Source: an uncultured Alphaproteobacteria bacterium (GTDB taxonomy: Bacteria > Pseudomonadota > Alphaproteobacteria > Rhizobiales > Xanthobacteraceae). From it: 64,000 bases of DNA. Within the stretch, counting starts at the first letter, position 1; each line of letters begins with the position of its first letter. The stretch covers positions 879 through 64,878 of the forward strand of contig CAVYCI010000003.1 in NCBI GenBank assembly GCA_963766925.1, written 5' to 3'. Below are positions 9,809-18,121 of this stretch, piece after piece. The position numbers were made by a program, and so were the translations under genes. The notes under the pieces are model-generated. The model had not been told where the DNA came from, did no database searches, and worked only from the letters and a program-made list of their open reading frames with translations.

Positions 9809-10762
9809 TCAGATGGTACCAAGCTTGGGATGCGAAAACGGCGGCAGGTTGATGCCCAGCGGCCGCATCTGCTCGCGGATGCGCCTTACGGTGGCGATGA
9901 AGACCGGCTTTTCGATTTCCTCGATCGTTGAGCCGAGGCCGGCTTCGTAGGTAACACGATCGGCTTCAACCTCGGTCCGCGACGCCGGGCTGTCGGGCGC
10001 CAGCCAGGAGCTGTGATAGCCGTTGAGTTCGACTTTCTCCATCATGGCGATGACGGAGTCTTCGATCATTTTCTTCTGATCGGGGCTGAGCGTTTCGCAG
10101 ATGGCCTCGAGGAAATACCAGCCGAACGCGCAGTGACGGGATTCGTCCCTCATGATGAAGCGGACGATCTGCTTCGCGACCGGGTCGCGCGTTACGTCGT
10201 CGAGATGACGGAAGACGTCGAACGCAATTTCCTCGGCCGTGCAGACCAGAGCGGCAATAATGCCTTCAAGCGGGGTGCTGGCGCTGAGTGCCGCGCGCCG
10301 TACCCCATGGGTGGCGACCGATCCCTCGAACAGCTGCTGCACCGGCTTTTCAATATAGCCGCCGAGCTTCTCCGCCATGGCGTGACACACTTCGGCATGG
10401 CGCGCCTCTTCCTGCGATCGAATCGTAAAAAACAGCTGCATGTCCGACGGCCGCTGCTCTACGCCAAAGCGCACCTGCAGGGCCGGACTTTCCGAGATGG
10501 CACCGTATTCGCTCCAGGCGCGTCTGCTCCAGTACAGGCGTGCGGCGTAACGCTGATCTTCGGTGTAAGCTTCCGGATCGAGCAGTTCCCATTGCACGTC
10601 GGTTTTTGGATCCCACTGGCTCCGGGTTGCGGTGTGAAAGAGTTCCCGAATCCGCGGCAAGTCCGAATTGAACGTAAGCGGGAACCTGCTTTCGGGCTGG
10701 TCGAGCAGCGTCTGCACCACCTCGAATGCCTGTTCCGCGGACATCTCGCGCGAAAGTGCCAT
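9809..10762 (-). CDS. Ferritin-fold di-iron carboxylate protein, RNR-R2-like (paralogue A)
   Basis: SQWDPKTDVQWELL...YWSRRAWSEYGAISESPAL resembles the R2 N-terminal motif. It also has SQEEARH (ExxH), CTAEEIAFD and MRDESRH (ExxH). The ATG is preceded by AAGGAA. Confidence 0.7.
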   Translation of the reverse strand: MALSREMSAEQAFEVVQTLLDQPESRFPLTFNSDLPRIRELFHTATRSQWDPKTDVQWELLDPEAYTEDQRYAARLYWSRRAWSEYGAISESPALQVRFGVEQRPSDMQLFFTIRSQEEARHAEVCHAMAEKLGGYIEKPVQQLFEGSVATHGVRRAALSASTPLEGIIAALVCTAEEIAFDVFRHLDDVTRDPVAKQIVRFIMRDESRHCAFGWYFLEAICETLSPDQKKMIEDSVIAMMEKVELNGYHSSWLAPDSPASRTEVEADRVTYEAGLGSTIEEIEKPVFIATVRRIREQMRPLGINLPPFSHPKLGTI

Positions 10763-10791
10763 GGTCTGTTCCTTTCGAATAACGGTCCCGT

Positions 10792-11958
10792 TTACGCGTA
10801 GTCGACGAGATTGAACCGTCCGTCGCGCCAGTTGATCAGGACAATATCCTGTTTCGACAGGCCCGAATGACGTTCGGCAGAAAAGTTGAAGACACCGCTG
10901 ACGCCGGCAAAGTTCCGGATTTTCTCCAGACCTTCGGGCAGCTTCGACGGATCACCGCCGACGTTGAGAAGTCCCTGCCGCGCCAGCATCGCGGCATCGT
11001 AGGATTCGGCGGCATAAAAACTCGGAGCGCGGGCGAAGCGGGCCTGATAGCTGTTGAACAGCTTCAGGATGCCCGATTTGAGCGGGTCAGAATCCGGCAA
11101 TTGATCTCCGACCGGAAGCTTGAGGCTTGCCAGCAAAATCGAACCGGCGGCATCCCCGGCGAGCGTCATGTAACGCGACGAAACGAACCCGTAGCTGTGA
11201 AGCAATGTCCGGCTGTCGAGGCCCAGTTCGCGCGCCTGTTTGATGAAAATGACGCCCGCCGGAGTGACGGTCCAGCAGATCACGGCGCCGGCCCCGCTGT
11301 CGCGAATGCGCGTGAGCTGGGGCATCATGTCGGTGTCGGCAGGCCCGAAGGTTTCGTACACGACTTCAAGTTTTCGGCGCGGACCAACCTTGTGCATCTG
11401 GGTCACGGCGCCCTGCCCGAAGCCGCTGGTGTCGGCGATCAGCGCTACCTTGCTGATGTTTTTCTTTTCCAGATAGTCGGCGATACGTTCAAGTACGTCT
11501 TCGTCGTCGACCGTGCTCTTGAACGTCCAGCGACGCTCGGCGACCGGGGTAACGATGGCAAGAGCGCCTTCGCTGGAGATGAACGGAATTTTGGCAGCCT
11601 CCGTCATGGGCGCCATTGCCAGCGCAATGCCGCTCATGTTGCCGCCGCTCACGATGAGCTGGACCTGATCCTGGCTGATCAGGCGGCGGGTCGCAGTTAT
11701 GGCCTTCTGGGTCTGGCTTTCGGCATCGTAAAAGGTCCAGGCGATTTGTCGCCCGTTGATCCCGCTGGAAGCGTTGATCTCGTCGACCGCGAGCTGGAGG
11801 CCGGCCTTCATGTCTTCGCCGAGAAAGGCCGCAGGCCCGGTGACAGACAGGATCGAGCCGACGCGAAGCGGTTCGTCCGCCGCACGCGCGGCCCCCACTT
11901 TCATCGCTGCAAGGGCACCGGGAACAAGCTGAAAGAACTGACGTCGTCCGAGCCGCAC
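10792..11958 (-). CDS. ABC transporter periplasmic substrate-binding protein (Leu/Ile/Val-binding protein family)
   Basis: The GTG at 11958 is 5 nt after AGGAGG. Tat-like RRQFF followed by ...GAARA. Type-1 PBP pattern LRVGSILSVTGPAAFLGEDMKAGLQLAVDEINA. The ORF track extends to 11973. Confidence 0.85.
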   Translation of the reverse strand: MRLGRRQFFQLVPGALAAMKVGAARAADEPLRVGSILSVTGPAAFLGEDMKAGLQLAVDEINASSGINGRQIAWTFYDAESQTQKAITATRRLISQDQVQLIVSGGNMSGIALAMAPMTEAAKIPFISSEGALAIVTPVAERRWTFKSTVDDEDVLERIADYLEKKNISKVALIADTSGFGQGAVTQMHKVGPRRKLEVVYETFGPADTDMMPQLTRIRDSGAGAVICWTVTPAGVIFIKQARELGLDSRTLLHSYGFVSSRYMTLAGDAAGSILLASLKLPVGDQLPDSDPLKSGILKLFNSYQARFARAPSFYAAESYDAAMLARQGLLNVGGDPSKLPEGLEKIRNFAGVSGVFNFSAERHSGLSKQDIVLINWRDGRFNLVDYA

Positions 11959-12032
11959 GATAGCCTCCTGCACTTTACCGGCACTTGCCTTCCAGGTGCC
12001 GCTGATCTTTCACGCGCGCGTAATTCGGCCCG

Positions 12033-12851
12033 TCAGTCGTCGTGAACGCCCGTACAACCGTTTTCGGCGCGGGCGCCTTCGCGGGCCAGCGGCACCTGAA
12101 GCGAATAGCGTACAAGATCGCCGCGGTGGACCGTGTGGCCCGCCATCACGTGACGGCCGTTGACGTCGCGGTATCGCAAATTTCGGATCAAAACCGGCGC
12201 GTTGGCGCCAAGGTGGAGATACTCAATTTCCTCCGGGCCGGCGATGCCTGCTTCAATCGCGAAGTCACCCGTACGCAGCTCCAGTCTTTGCCAGAGGAGG
12301 TGGAGCGGCGATCCGCGGGCGGATGTTTCATTCCAGTCGGCCACGAGATCGTTGGGAATGTAGCGGTAATCGATCGCGACCGGCGCACCGACGGCGGCGC
12401 GCACCCGTTTGATGAACAGCACGACGGCGCTGGCGTCGAGCCGAAGTGCGGCCCCGATGGTGTCTCCGGCCACACGGCGTTCGAAAGCGAGCAGCGTCGA
12501 TTGCATCGGAACGCCGCTTGATTCCCATTGGCGCAGGAAGTCCATGCCCGGTCCGAAGCGTTCTTCCAGCTTGCGCATCGATACGAACGTGCCGACGCCG
12601 CGGCCACGTCGCAGCAGCCCCTCGCGCACCAGTTCTGCAAGCGCCTGGCGGACGGTTTCCCGGCTGACGCAGAAGACCGCGCAAAGCTGTTCATCGGAAT
12701 AGAAGCGGCGGTCCGGTTGATCCCAGCGCAAAATCAAACCGATCAGTCGCTGTTTTATTTGAGCGTACAGGGGCAGAGGCGAGGAACGATCGAGTGGCGG
12801 GTTGGCCCAGGCCGCATGCGCCAAATTCCGATTTGCTGCCATTTCGCTCAT
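12033..12851 (-). CDS. GntR-family transcriptional regulator (HutC/UTRA subfamily)
   Basis: wHTH PLYAQIKQRL...SDEQLCAVFCVSRETVRQALAELVREGLLRRGRGVGTFV with a UTRA-like C-terminal half. It is the first gene of the minus-strand operon. Confidence 0.85.
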   Translation of the reverse strand: MSEMAANRNLAHAAWANPPLDRSSPLPLYAQIKQRLIGLILRWDQPDRRFYSDEQLCAVFCVSRETVRQALAELVREGLLRRGRGVGTFVSMRKLEERFGPGMDFLRQWESSGVPMQSTLLAFERRVAGDTIGAALRLDASAVVLFIKRVRAAVGAPVAIDYRYIPNDLVADWNETSARGSPLHLLWQRLELRTGDFAIEAGIAGPEEIEYLHLGANAPVLIRNLRYRDVNGRHVMAGHTVHRGDLVRYSLQVPLAREGARAENGCTGVHDD

Positions 12852-12942
12852 TAATTTAATTGTCTATCTTGCCATACATTTAATCAAGCCCAATTTTGTC
12901 TGCCTGCGCCGGAGGTCTCCCGTGCTATCGTCTGCGTCAAGC

Positions 12943-13191
12943 ATGATGAAACGCGAGACCTTTTCGGTCGCAGACATCTACGTGCCGGTGAAACGGCGCG
13001 CCACGCTGGAGCAAAAGCGTGTCGATGACATTGCCGCGAGCATGCTCGAGAGCGGCCAGCAATCCCCGATCCTGGTACGGCCCGATGGCGCGCGCTTTAT
13101 CCTGGTCGAAGGCCTGCACCGGCTGGAGGCTGCGAGGGCGCTTGGCGAGAAAACCATAGTCGGGTTCCGCGTCGACGCGCGCAAGCATTGA
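12943..13191 (+). CDS. Stand-alone ParB/sulfiredoxin-like N-terminal domain protein (82 aa)
   Basis: MMKRETFSVADIYVPVKRRATL...SPILVRPDGARFILVEGLHRLEAARALG. The xGxHRxxAxxxxG core is typical of ParB-like nuclease/Srx domains. There is no HTH or dimerisation domain. Confidence 0.6.
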   Translation: MMKRETFSVADIYVPVKRRATLEQKRVDDIAASMLESGQQSPILVRPDGARFILVEGLHRLEAARALGEKTIVGFRVDARKH

Positions 13192-13593
13192 ACAGTTGCC
13201 CTCACTGCGGGGCGGGTCTGTCCGCTTCCGGTCCTGAAAAAAAGATCGGGACTGCAGGAAGCCGCGGCAGCGTCAGCCAAAGAAGCCCCGGCGGCCTGAA
13301 GCTCGGTCGCGCCGGCCGGCCCCCAGTGTATGTCCACTCCCCGGACTCAGCCGTCGCCGGCATTGTGCATGTGGCCCGTTGCGGCAATTCGTTGCGACAC
13401 GCCAACCGACGCTGCGTTCCCGCCATGCCTGGAAATTCTTGAATTCGACGGTGCATTCGCCGGGCCGGATGCTCCGCAATCATGATCGGCACCCGCCATC
13501 GTGACGCGCTGGTTGCCGGTCCCGACGCGCGTCGAGGCTGGCAGCCGGAAACACGCAGTCATCAATAACTGAAAGTCAGGGAGATATCGGTCA

Positions 13594-14460
13594 ATGCAGG
13601 GGTCTTATCGCAGCATCTGGACGGAATTACTTGCAACTCCCTTCCGGCAGGGATGGGTCGATGCCGGCGGCATCAGGACACGCTTTGTGCAGGCCGGCAA
13701 CGAAGCAAACCCGCCGCTTGTCATGCTTCATGGTACCGCGGGCAGCCTGGAAAATTTCGCCGCCAACTTCGCCGCGCACGCGGAACACTTCAACTGCATC
13801 GCATTCGACATGATCGGCTCGGGGATGACCGGGAAGCCGGACTATGACTATGAGACGGAGCATTATGTGAAGCATGCCGTGGACTTTTTCAAAGCCATGG
13901 ACATTGACAGGGCTTCGATCATCGGCCTGTCGCTCGGTGCGCGCGTCGCAAGCCGCTTCGCGATCGACCATCCGGACAAGGTGAACCGGCTTATTCTGCT
14001 TTCCGCGACGGCTTACTTTCCGGCGAGGCCCGTGCAGGGCGACATCAGCAAAACGCGATCGACGGCTGCCGCCAATCCGACATGGGATAATATCCGCGAG
14101 ATCTTCAAAGGCCTGTTTCACGACGAAAACAAAGTGTGGGACGATCTCATTGCCACACGGCTGTTGCTGTATGCGCGGCCCGACATGAAGCGCGCGATGG
14201 CACACATCCTTGCGCTGCTCCAACCCGACATCTACAATCGAAACCGGATCCCTGACGATGACTGGCGAAAGTTACGCGCGCCCACGCTGCTGATTGCGGC
14301 GGTCGACCACCAGGACGTATTTCTTGAAACCGTGAGGGCGATCGCCAAACTCATTCCGAACGCCAGCGTTTTTGAGATGAAGAACTGCAGTCATTGGCCG
14401 CAAATGGAAGATCCGGACACATTCAACAGGCAAAGCCTGGCATTTCTTCGCGCCGATTGA
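13594..14460 (+). CDS. Alpha/beta hydrolase, meta-cleavage product (C-C bond) hydrolase-like (MhpC/BphD/HsaD type)
   Basis: AGGGAGA RBS. Motifs PLVMLHGTAGS, GLSLGARVA (GxSxG) and C-terminal NCSHWPQMEDPDTFN. Confidence 0.8.
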   Translation: MQGSYRSIWTELLATPFRQGWVDAGGIRTRFVQAGNEANPPLVMLHGTAGSLENFAANFAAHAEHFNCIAFDMIGSGMTGKPDYDYETEHYVKHAVDFFKAMDIDRASIIGLSLGARVASRFAIDHPDKVNRLILLSATAYFPARPVQGDISKTRSTAAANPTWDNIREIFKGLFHDENKVWDDLIATRLLLYARPDMKRAMAHILALLQPDIYNRNRIPDDDWRKLRAPTLLIAAVDHQDVFLETVRAIAKLIPNASVFEMKNCSHWPQMEDPDTFNRQSLAFLRAD

Positions 14461-14536
14461 GACGGGATGCCCCCTCGCCTGACCGGAAACAATCGACCAG
14501 GAAGCGTACATTGCGCAATATTGCAGGCCCCCGGGC

Positions 14537-14896
14537 ATGAAACGCGAACGGTCCCGTCAGCTTTGGCTCCGGGCGGCGCAATTTGCGTGGCCGGCCGGAG
14601 CGCTGCTGCTCGCGTTACCGGCGCCGGCCGTGGCGCAGGACATTCGCGGACTGGAATCCTGCTCTGCCGAGACACGGATGGAGCGTCGCACCGGATGCCT
14701 GCAGGCCAATGTTGAATTTCTTCATCAGGCTCTGATGAAGCTGGCGCGGGAGACGCAGGACCGGATGACGGCCGCCGATCGCGAGCTTGCCGTCGCCCGA
14801 GCCGAAATTGCCGCGCTGAAATCGGCGATGGAGAAGCTCCATGGCGAGCTCGCAAAAATGAAAGCGAAGGGCGAGCCCAACATCCCCGGCAAGTAG
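14537..14896 (+). CDS. Secreted coiled-coil protein (hypothetical)
   Basis: Signal-like LLLALPAPAVAQD followed by a heptad-like Ala/Glu/Lys-rich helix (RELAVARAEIAALKSAMEKLHGELAKMKAK). Confidence 0.5.
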   Translation: MKRERSRQLWLRAAQFAWPAGALLLALPAPAVAQDIRGLESCSAETRMERRTGCLQANVEFLHQALMKLARETQDRMTAADRELAVARAEIAALKSAMEKLHGELAKMKAKGEPNIPGK

Positions 14897-15205
14897 ACGG
14901 CGAAGAGCCGCCGCTGCGAATTGAGCGAATGCGATGCCGGACTGCGAACCACCGGAACCCGTCGTTCCGTTGCCTGCCGCAGGCGTCAACACCGCAGAAC
15001 AGCCGATTTTTGCCCGCGAAGGCGCAGGGCCTGACAGCCCGCCCTCCATTCACCGGCCCTCCTGGCCGGGCCGTGGGGCGGCGTCATGGCCACGCGGCCG
15101 CGGCGGACGGATTGACCCCGCGCCGTCCGCCGTGGGAGGGAAACCGGGGCCAAAATTCACTAAAGAATCCTTCCAGCGCGCCTGATCGGTTTGGGTCTTC
15201 GCCGA

Positions 15206-16579
15206 ATGCTGTTTCAATCGCAGTTTTACGTGCTGGTTTTTCTTCCCGCCGTCACGTTGATCTATTACGCCGTTGCCGGCTCGCCCCGCGCCCGGCAGTG
15301 GGTTCTCGTCGTCGCCTCGCTGGTCTTTTATGGCTGGTGGGACGTGCGCCTGGTTGCGCTGCCCGTGATTCAGATCGTCGTCACCTGGCTTCTGGCGCTT
15401 GCATCGAAGCGCTTCGCCAGCCGCGGGCCGCTGATTGCAGGCATCGCCGTCAATCTGGCTTCGCTGGGGACATTCAAATATCTCGACTTCCTCCTTGATT
15501 CTGTCGCATCAGCCGTCGGCACAAGTCTGCCGCACCCGAACATCGTTCTGCCGATTGGCATCAGCTTCTTTACGTTTCAGCTGATCTCCTACCTGGTCGA
15601 CAGACTCCGCGGGGACGCGCCGATCTATCCGTTGCGCCCTTTTGTTCTCTTTGTGCTGCTCTATCCGCACCTGATCGCCGGCCCGATCGTGCGTCACAAC
15701 GAGCTGGTGCCGCAGTTTGCGCTCGATCCGCGCCGCGAAGGTTTGTGGCAGCGGATTGGCCTCGGCCTGATCATCTTCACGACAGGTTTCGCCAAAAAGG
15801 TGCTGCTGGCGGACCGACTTGGCGAGGTCGCTGACCCGCTGTTCGCCAATGTCCACCTGCACGCGCTCAACACCGGCGATGCCTGGACCGCTGTGCTGGC
15901 TTTCTCGTTCCAGCTTTTTCTCGATTTTTCCGCCTATACCGAAATGGCCATCGGCTCGGCGCTGATCTTCGGCCTTATTCTGCCGGAGAATTTTCGCCGC
16001 CCGTATCTCGCGACGGATATCCGCGATTTCTGGCGGCGCTGGCACATCACCCTGTCAAATTTCCTGCGCGACTATCTCTACATTCCACTCGGCGGCAGCC
16101 GCCGCGGAGTTTGGCGTTACCTGCTTGCAACGATGGTTACGATGGGTCTGTGCGGACTGTGGCACGGCGCGGGATGGACCTACGTAGTCTGGGGCCTGTG
16201 GCACGGACTGGGGCTCGCCGCCTGCCATGGCTGGCAGCGTCTGCGTCCCCGCCCGATGCCGGCGTGGACCGGATGGGCGATAACGATGCTGTTCGTGCTG
16301 ATCGGCTGGGTGGTGTTTCGCGCCGCGACTTTTGCCGATGCCCAATCCATCCTTGGCTCGCTGGCGGGGACGGGCGGGCTGGGCGGCTCGCTGCACGACG
16401 TCGGGCTTCTGGGTGCCGCGGCAGTCGCCTCGGCCGTCATTCCTTCCGCGCATGAAATCATCAACGGGCTGAAAAGGCCCCTGCCGCTGCTCGCCGCTGC
16501 CGGAGCGCTGCTCGCGGTGTTCTGTCTGTTCAAAGCCGGAGAAGGCGCGCCGGTGAAGTTCATCTATTTCCAGTTCTGA
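15206..16579 (+). CDS. MBOAT-family membrane-bound O-acyltransferase (AlgI/DltB-like)
   Basis: MLFQSQFYVLVFLPAV N-terminus, ISFFTFQLISYLVD, and WRRWHITLSNFLRDYLYIPLGGSR with the conserved His. The ORF track starts at TTG 15191. Confidence 0.85.
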   Translation: MLFQSQFYVLVFLPAVTLIYYAVAGSPRARQWVLVVASLVFYGWWDVRLVALPVIQIVVTWLLALASKRFASRGPLIAGIAVNLASLGTFKYLDFLLDSVASAVGTSLPHPNIVLPIGISFFTFQLISYLVDRLRGDAPIYPLRPFVLFVLLYPHLIAGPIVRHNELVPQFALDPRREGLWQRIGLGLIIFTTGFAKKVLLADRLGEVADPLFANVHLHALNTGDAWTAVLAFSFQLFLDFSAYTEMAIGSALIFGLILPENFRRPYLATDIRDFWRRWHITLSNFLRDYLYIPLGGSRRGVWRYLLATMVTMGLCGLWHGAGWTYVVWGLWHGLGLAACHGWQRLRPRPMPAWTGWAITMLFVLIGWVVFRAATFADAQSILGSLAGTGGLGGSLHDVGLLGAAAVASAVIPSAHEIINGLKRPLPLLAAAGALLAVFCLFKAGEGAPVKFIYFQF

Positions 16580-16589
16580 AGGGGCCGAG

Positions 16590-17663
16590 ATGCTTTTGCG
16601 GCGCGTGACGGCTTCAACGGACAACAGGCCATCCGGCTGGCGGAGCTTCGTCTTCCAGTTTCTCGGGATATCGATCGCGGTGGCCGGTTCGGCTTACCTT
16701 TTCATCCTGCTGATCGATCCGTTCGGCGTCGTACCGTTTTCATTACCCATCGAACGGCCGGTCATGGGTCACATCGAACGCTGGATGTACCCGCAGATCA
16801 TCCGCAGCAGGCGATTCGATTCCGTCGTTCTCGGAACCTCGACGTCCCGCCTGCTCGATCCCGAACAGCTCGACCGGTTATTCGGCGGACGCTTTGTCAA
16901 TCTCGGGATGGATCAGGCGAAGGCGTGGGAGCAGAAAAATGTCCTGGACCTTTTCCTGCGAGCGGCTGGTCCACCGAAAGTGCTGATCGTCGGCCTCGAC
17001 CCGGTCTGGTGCGACCAGGCGGCGGACCGCACTCGGGTCACCAATCGCGGGTTTCCGGAATGGCTGTACGATGACAGTCCGTGGAACGACTATTTCCATT
17101 TGCTCAACACCGGCACGCTTGAAATTGCCGGCCGCATCCTCGGCTATGCGCTGGGTCTTAAACAGGCAACAATTCGCGGCGACGGTTACGAAGTTTTCGT
17201 ACCCCCGGAAGCGGAATACGATGCGGTGCGCGCCCGTCAAAACATCGGACAGCGCCCGCCGCCGCCGGCCGCTCCGGCACCGGCGCTGTCGCCCGCGGAG
17301 CGCAGCCAACTATCCTTCCCCGCGCTGCCGTGGCTCGACGATCTGCTCGCGCGTATTCCTTCTTCGAGCCTGAAAATTCTGGCCTTCATGCCGGCTCACG
17401 TCGCCACGCAACCCGTTCCCGGCACCCGCGCCGCCTATATCGAGAATGAGTGCAAGGACCGGGTTGTCGCCATCGCCCGGATGCGCGGCGCCATGGTGAT
17501 CGACTGGCGCATCGACTCCCCGCTGACCCGCAACGACCTCAATTATTGGGACGGCGTGCACTATCGCGTCCCTGTCGCCACGCGTATCGCGGAGGAGCTT
17601 GCGGCAGCCACCCTCGGCAACAGCAGCGGTTTGGACGGCAGCTATGTGGTCCTGGTCCGGTAA
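16590..17663 (+). CDS. Membrane-anchored partner of the MBOAT, DltD/SGNH-like (putative extracytoplasmic O-acyl transfer component)
   Basis: It starts 10 nt after the MBOAT stop, with a GAAGGGG RBS. It has one N-terminal TM helix. VVLGTSTSRLL resembles a block I Gly-x-Ser motif and NYWDGVHY resembles a DxxH block V motif. The assignment rests on motifs only. Confidence 0.5.
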   Translation: MLLRRVTASTDNRPSGWRSFVFQFLGISIAVAGSAYLFILLIDPFGVVPFSLPIERPVMGHIERWMYPQIIRSRRFDSVVLGTSTSRLLDPEQLDRLFGGRFVNLGMDQAKAWEQKNVLDLFLRAAGPPKVLIVGLDPVWCDQAADRTRVTNRGFPEWLYDDSPWNDYFHLLNTGTLEIAGRILGYALGLKQATIRGDGYEVFVPPEAEYDAVRARQNIGQRPPPPAAPAPALSPAERSQLSFPALPWLDDLLARIPSSSLKILAFMPAHVATQPVPGTRAAYIENECKDRVVAIARMRGAMVIDWRIDSPLTRNDLNYWDGVHYRVPVATRIAEELAAATLGNSSGLDGSYVVLVR

Positions 17664-17936
17664 GCTCTGCGGAAGCAACTTCTCCATCGGTTCGCATGCC
17701 GGAATCAGGCACTCGACCGCCCTTTCCAGCGGATGCATCTGTAATAAAAATGCGCCGATCTGTCCGTGTCGGGTCCGTTTGCCGCGCCTCACCGTTTATC
17801 CGGAACAATAGTTCGATGAGACCGTTATCCCGCGAGTCCAGCAAATAGCGAATAACAGAAGAAGATCCGAAACTGCAAAGCGCAGTCAGCGGGTCGAAGA
17901 ATCCATTTTCGCAGAAATCTCAACCGGAGAATTCCC

Positions 17937-18023
17937 ATGGAATTGATCCTTATCATCGTCGTTCTGGTGCTGCTGTTTGGTGGCGGCGGCGGATATTTTG
18001 GGCGCAGGCGGGGGTATTGGTGA
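17937..18023 (+). CDS. 28-aa hydrophobic micro-protein (not in the ORF track)
   Basis: GGAGA lies 8 nt upstream of the ATG. Sequence is MELILIIVVLVLLFGGGGGYFGRRRGYW*. It is followed by a stem-loop and T-run at 18084-18121. Confidence 0.45.
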   Translation: MELILIIVVLVLLFGGGGGYFGRRRGYW

Positions 18024-18083
18024 AGCAATCACTCCACACAACTAAAAGCCAACGACAAGAATAAATCGGCACGAATGCAATTT

Positions 18084-18121
18084 GGCCTCGGACTGGCGCG
18101 TGCCAGCCGGGGCTTTTTGTT
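18084..18121 (+). terminator. Rho-independent terminator candidate
   Basis: GGCCTCGGACTGGCgcgtGCCAGCCGGGGC followed by TTTTTGTT. Confidence 0.5.

Noticed and set aside
10013-12045. Long plus-strand ORFs (10013-10801, 262 aa; 10867-12045, 392 aa) opposite the di-iron and binding-protein genes
   Set aside because: They are mirror-frame ORFs typical of high-GC DNA. Composition is Arg/Gly/Ala/Pro/His-rich with no motifs, and they are fully overlapped by minus-strand genes that have clear family signatures and RBSs.
13188-13442. 84-aa ORF starting MNSCPHCGAGL (a possible zinc-ribbon) right after the ParB-like gene
   Set aside because: It has a TTG start overlapping the upstream stop and no RBS. 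The remainder is Gly/Arg/Ser-rich, and it competes with equally plausible minus-strand ORFs. The evidence is insufficient, so the region is listed as unresolved in the findings instead.
17539-17844. 101-aa minus-strand ORF (MLDSRDNGLIELLFRINGEARQ...) between the MBOAT partner and the micro-ORF
   Set aside because: Its 3' third overlaps the convergent 16590-17663 gene by about 125 nt and turns Cys/Arg/Pro-rich. It has no RBS and no motif. A shorter real gene hidden by an indel cannot be excluded.
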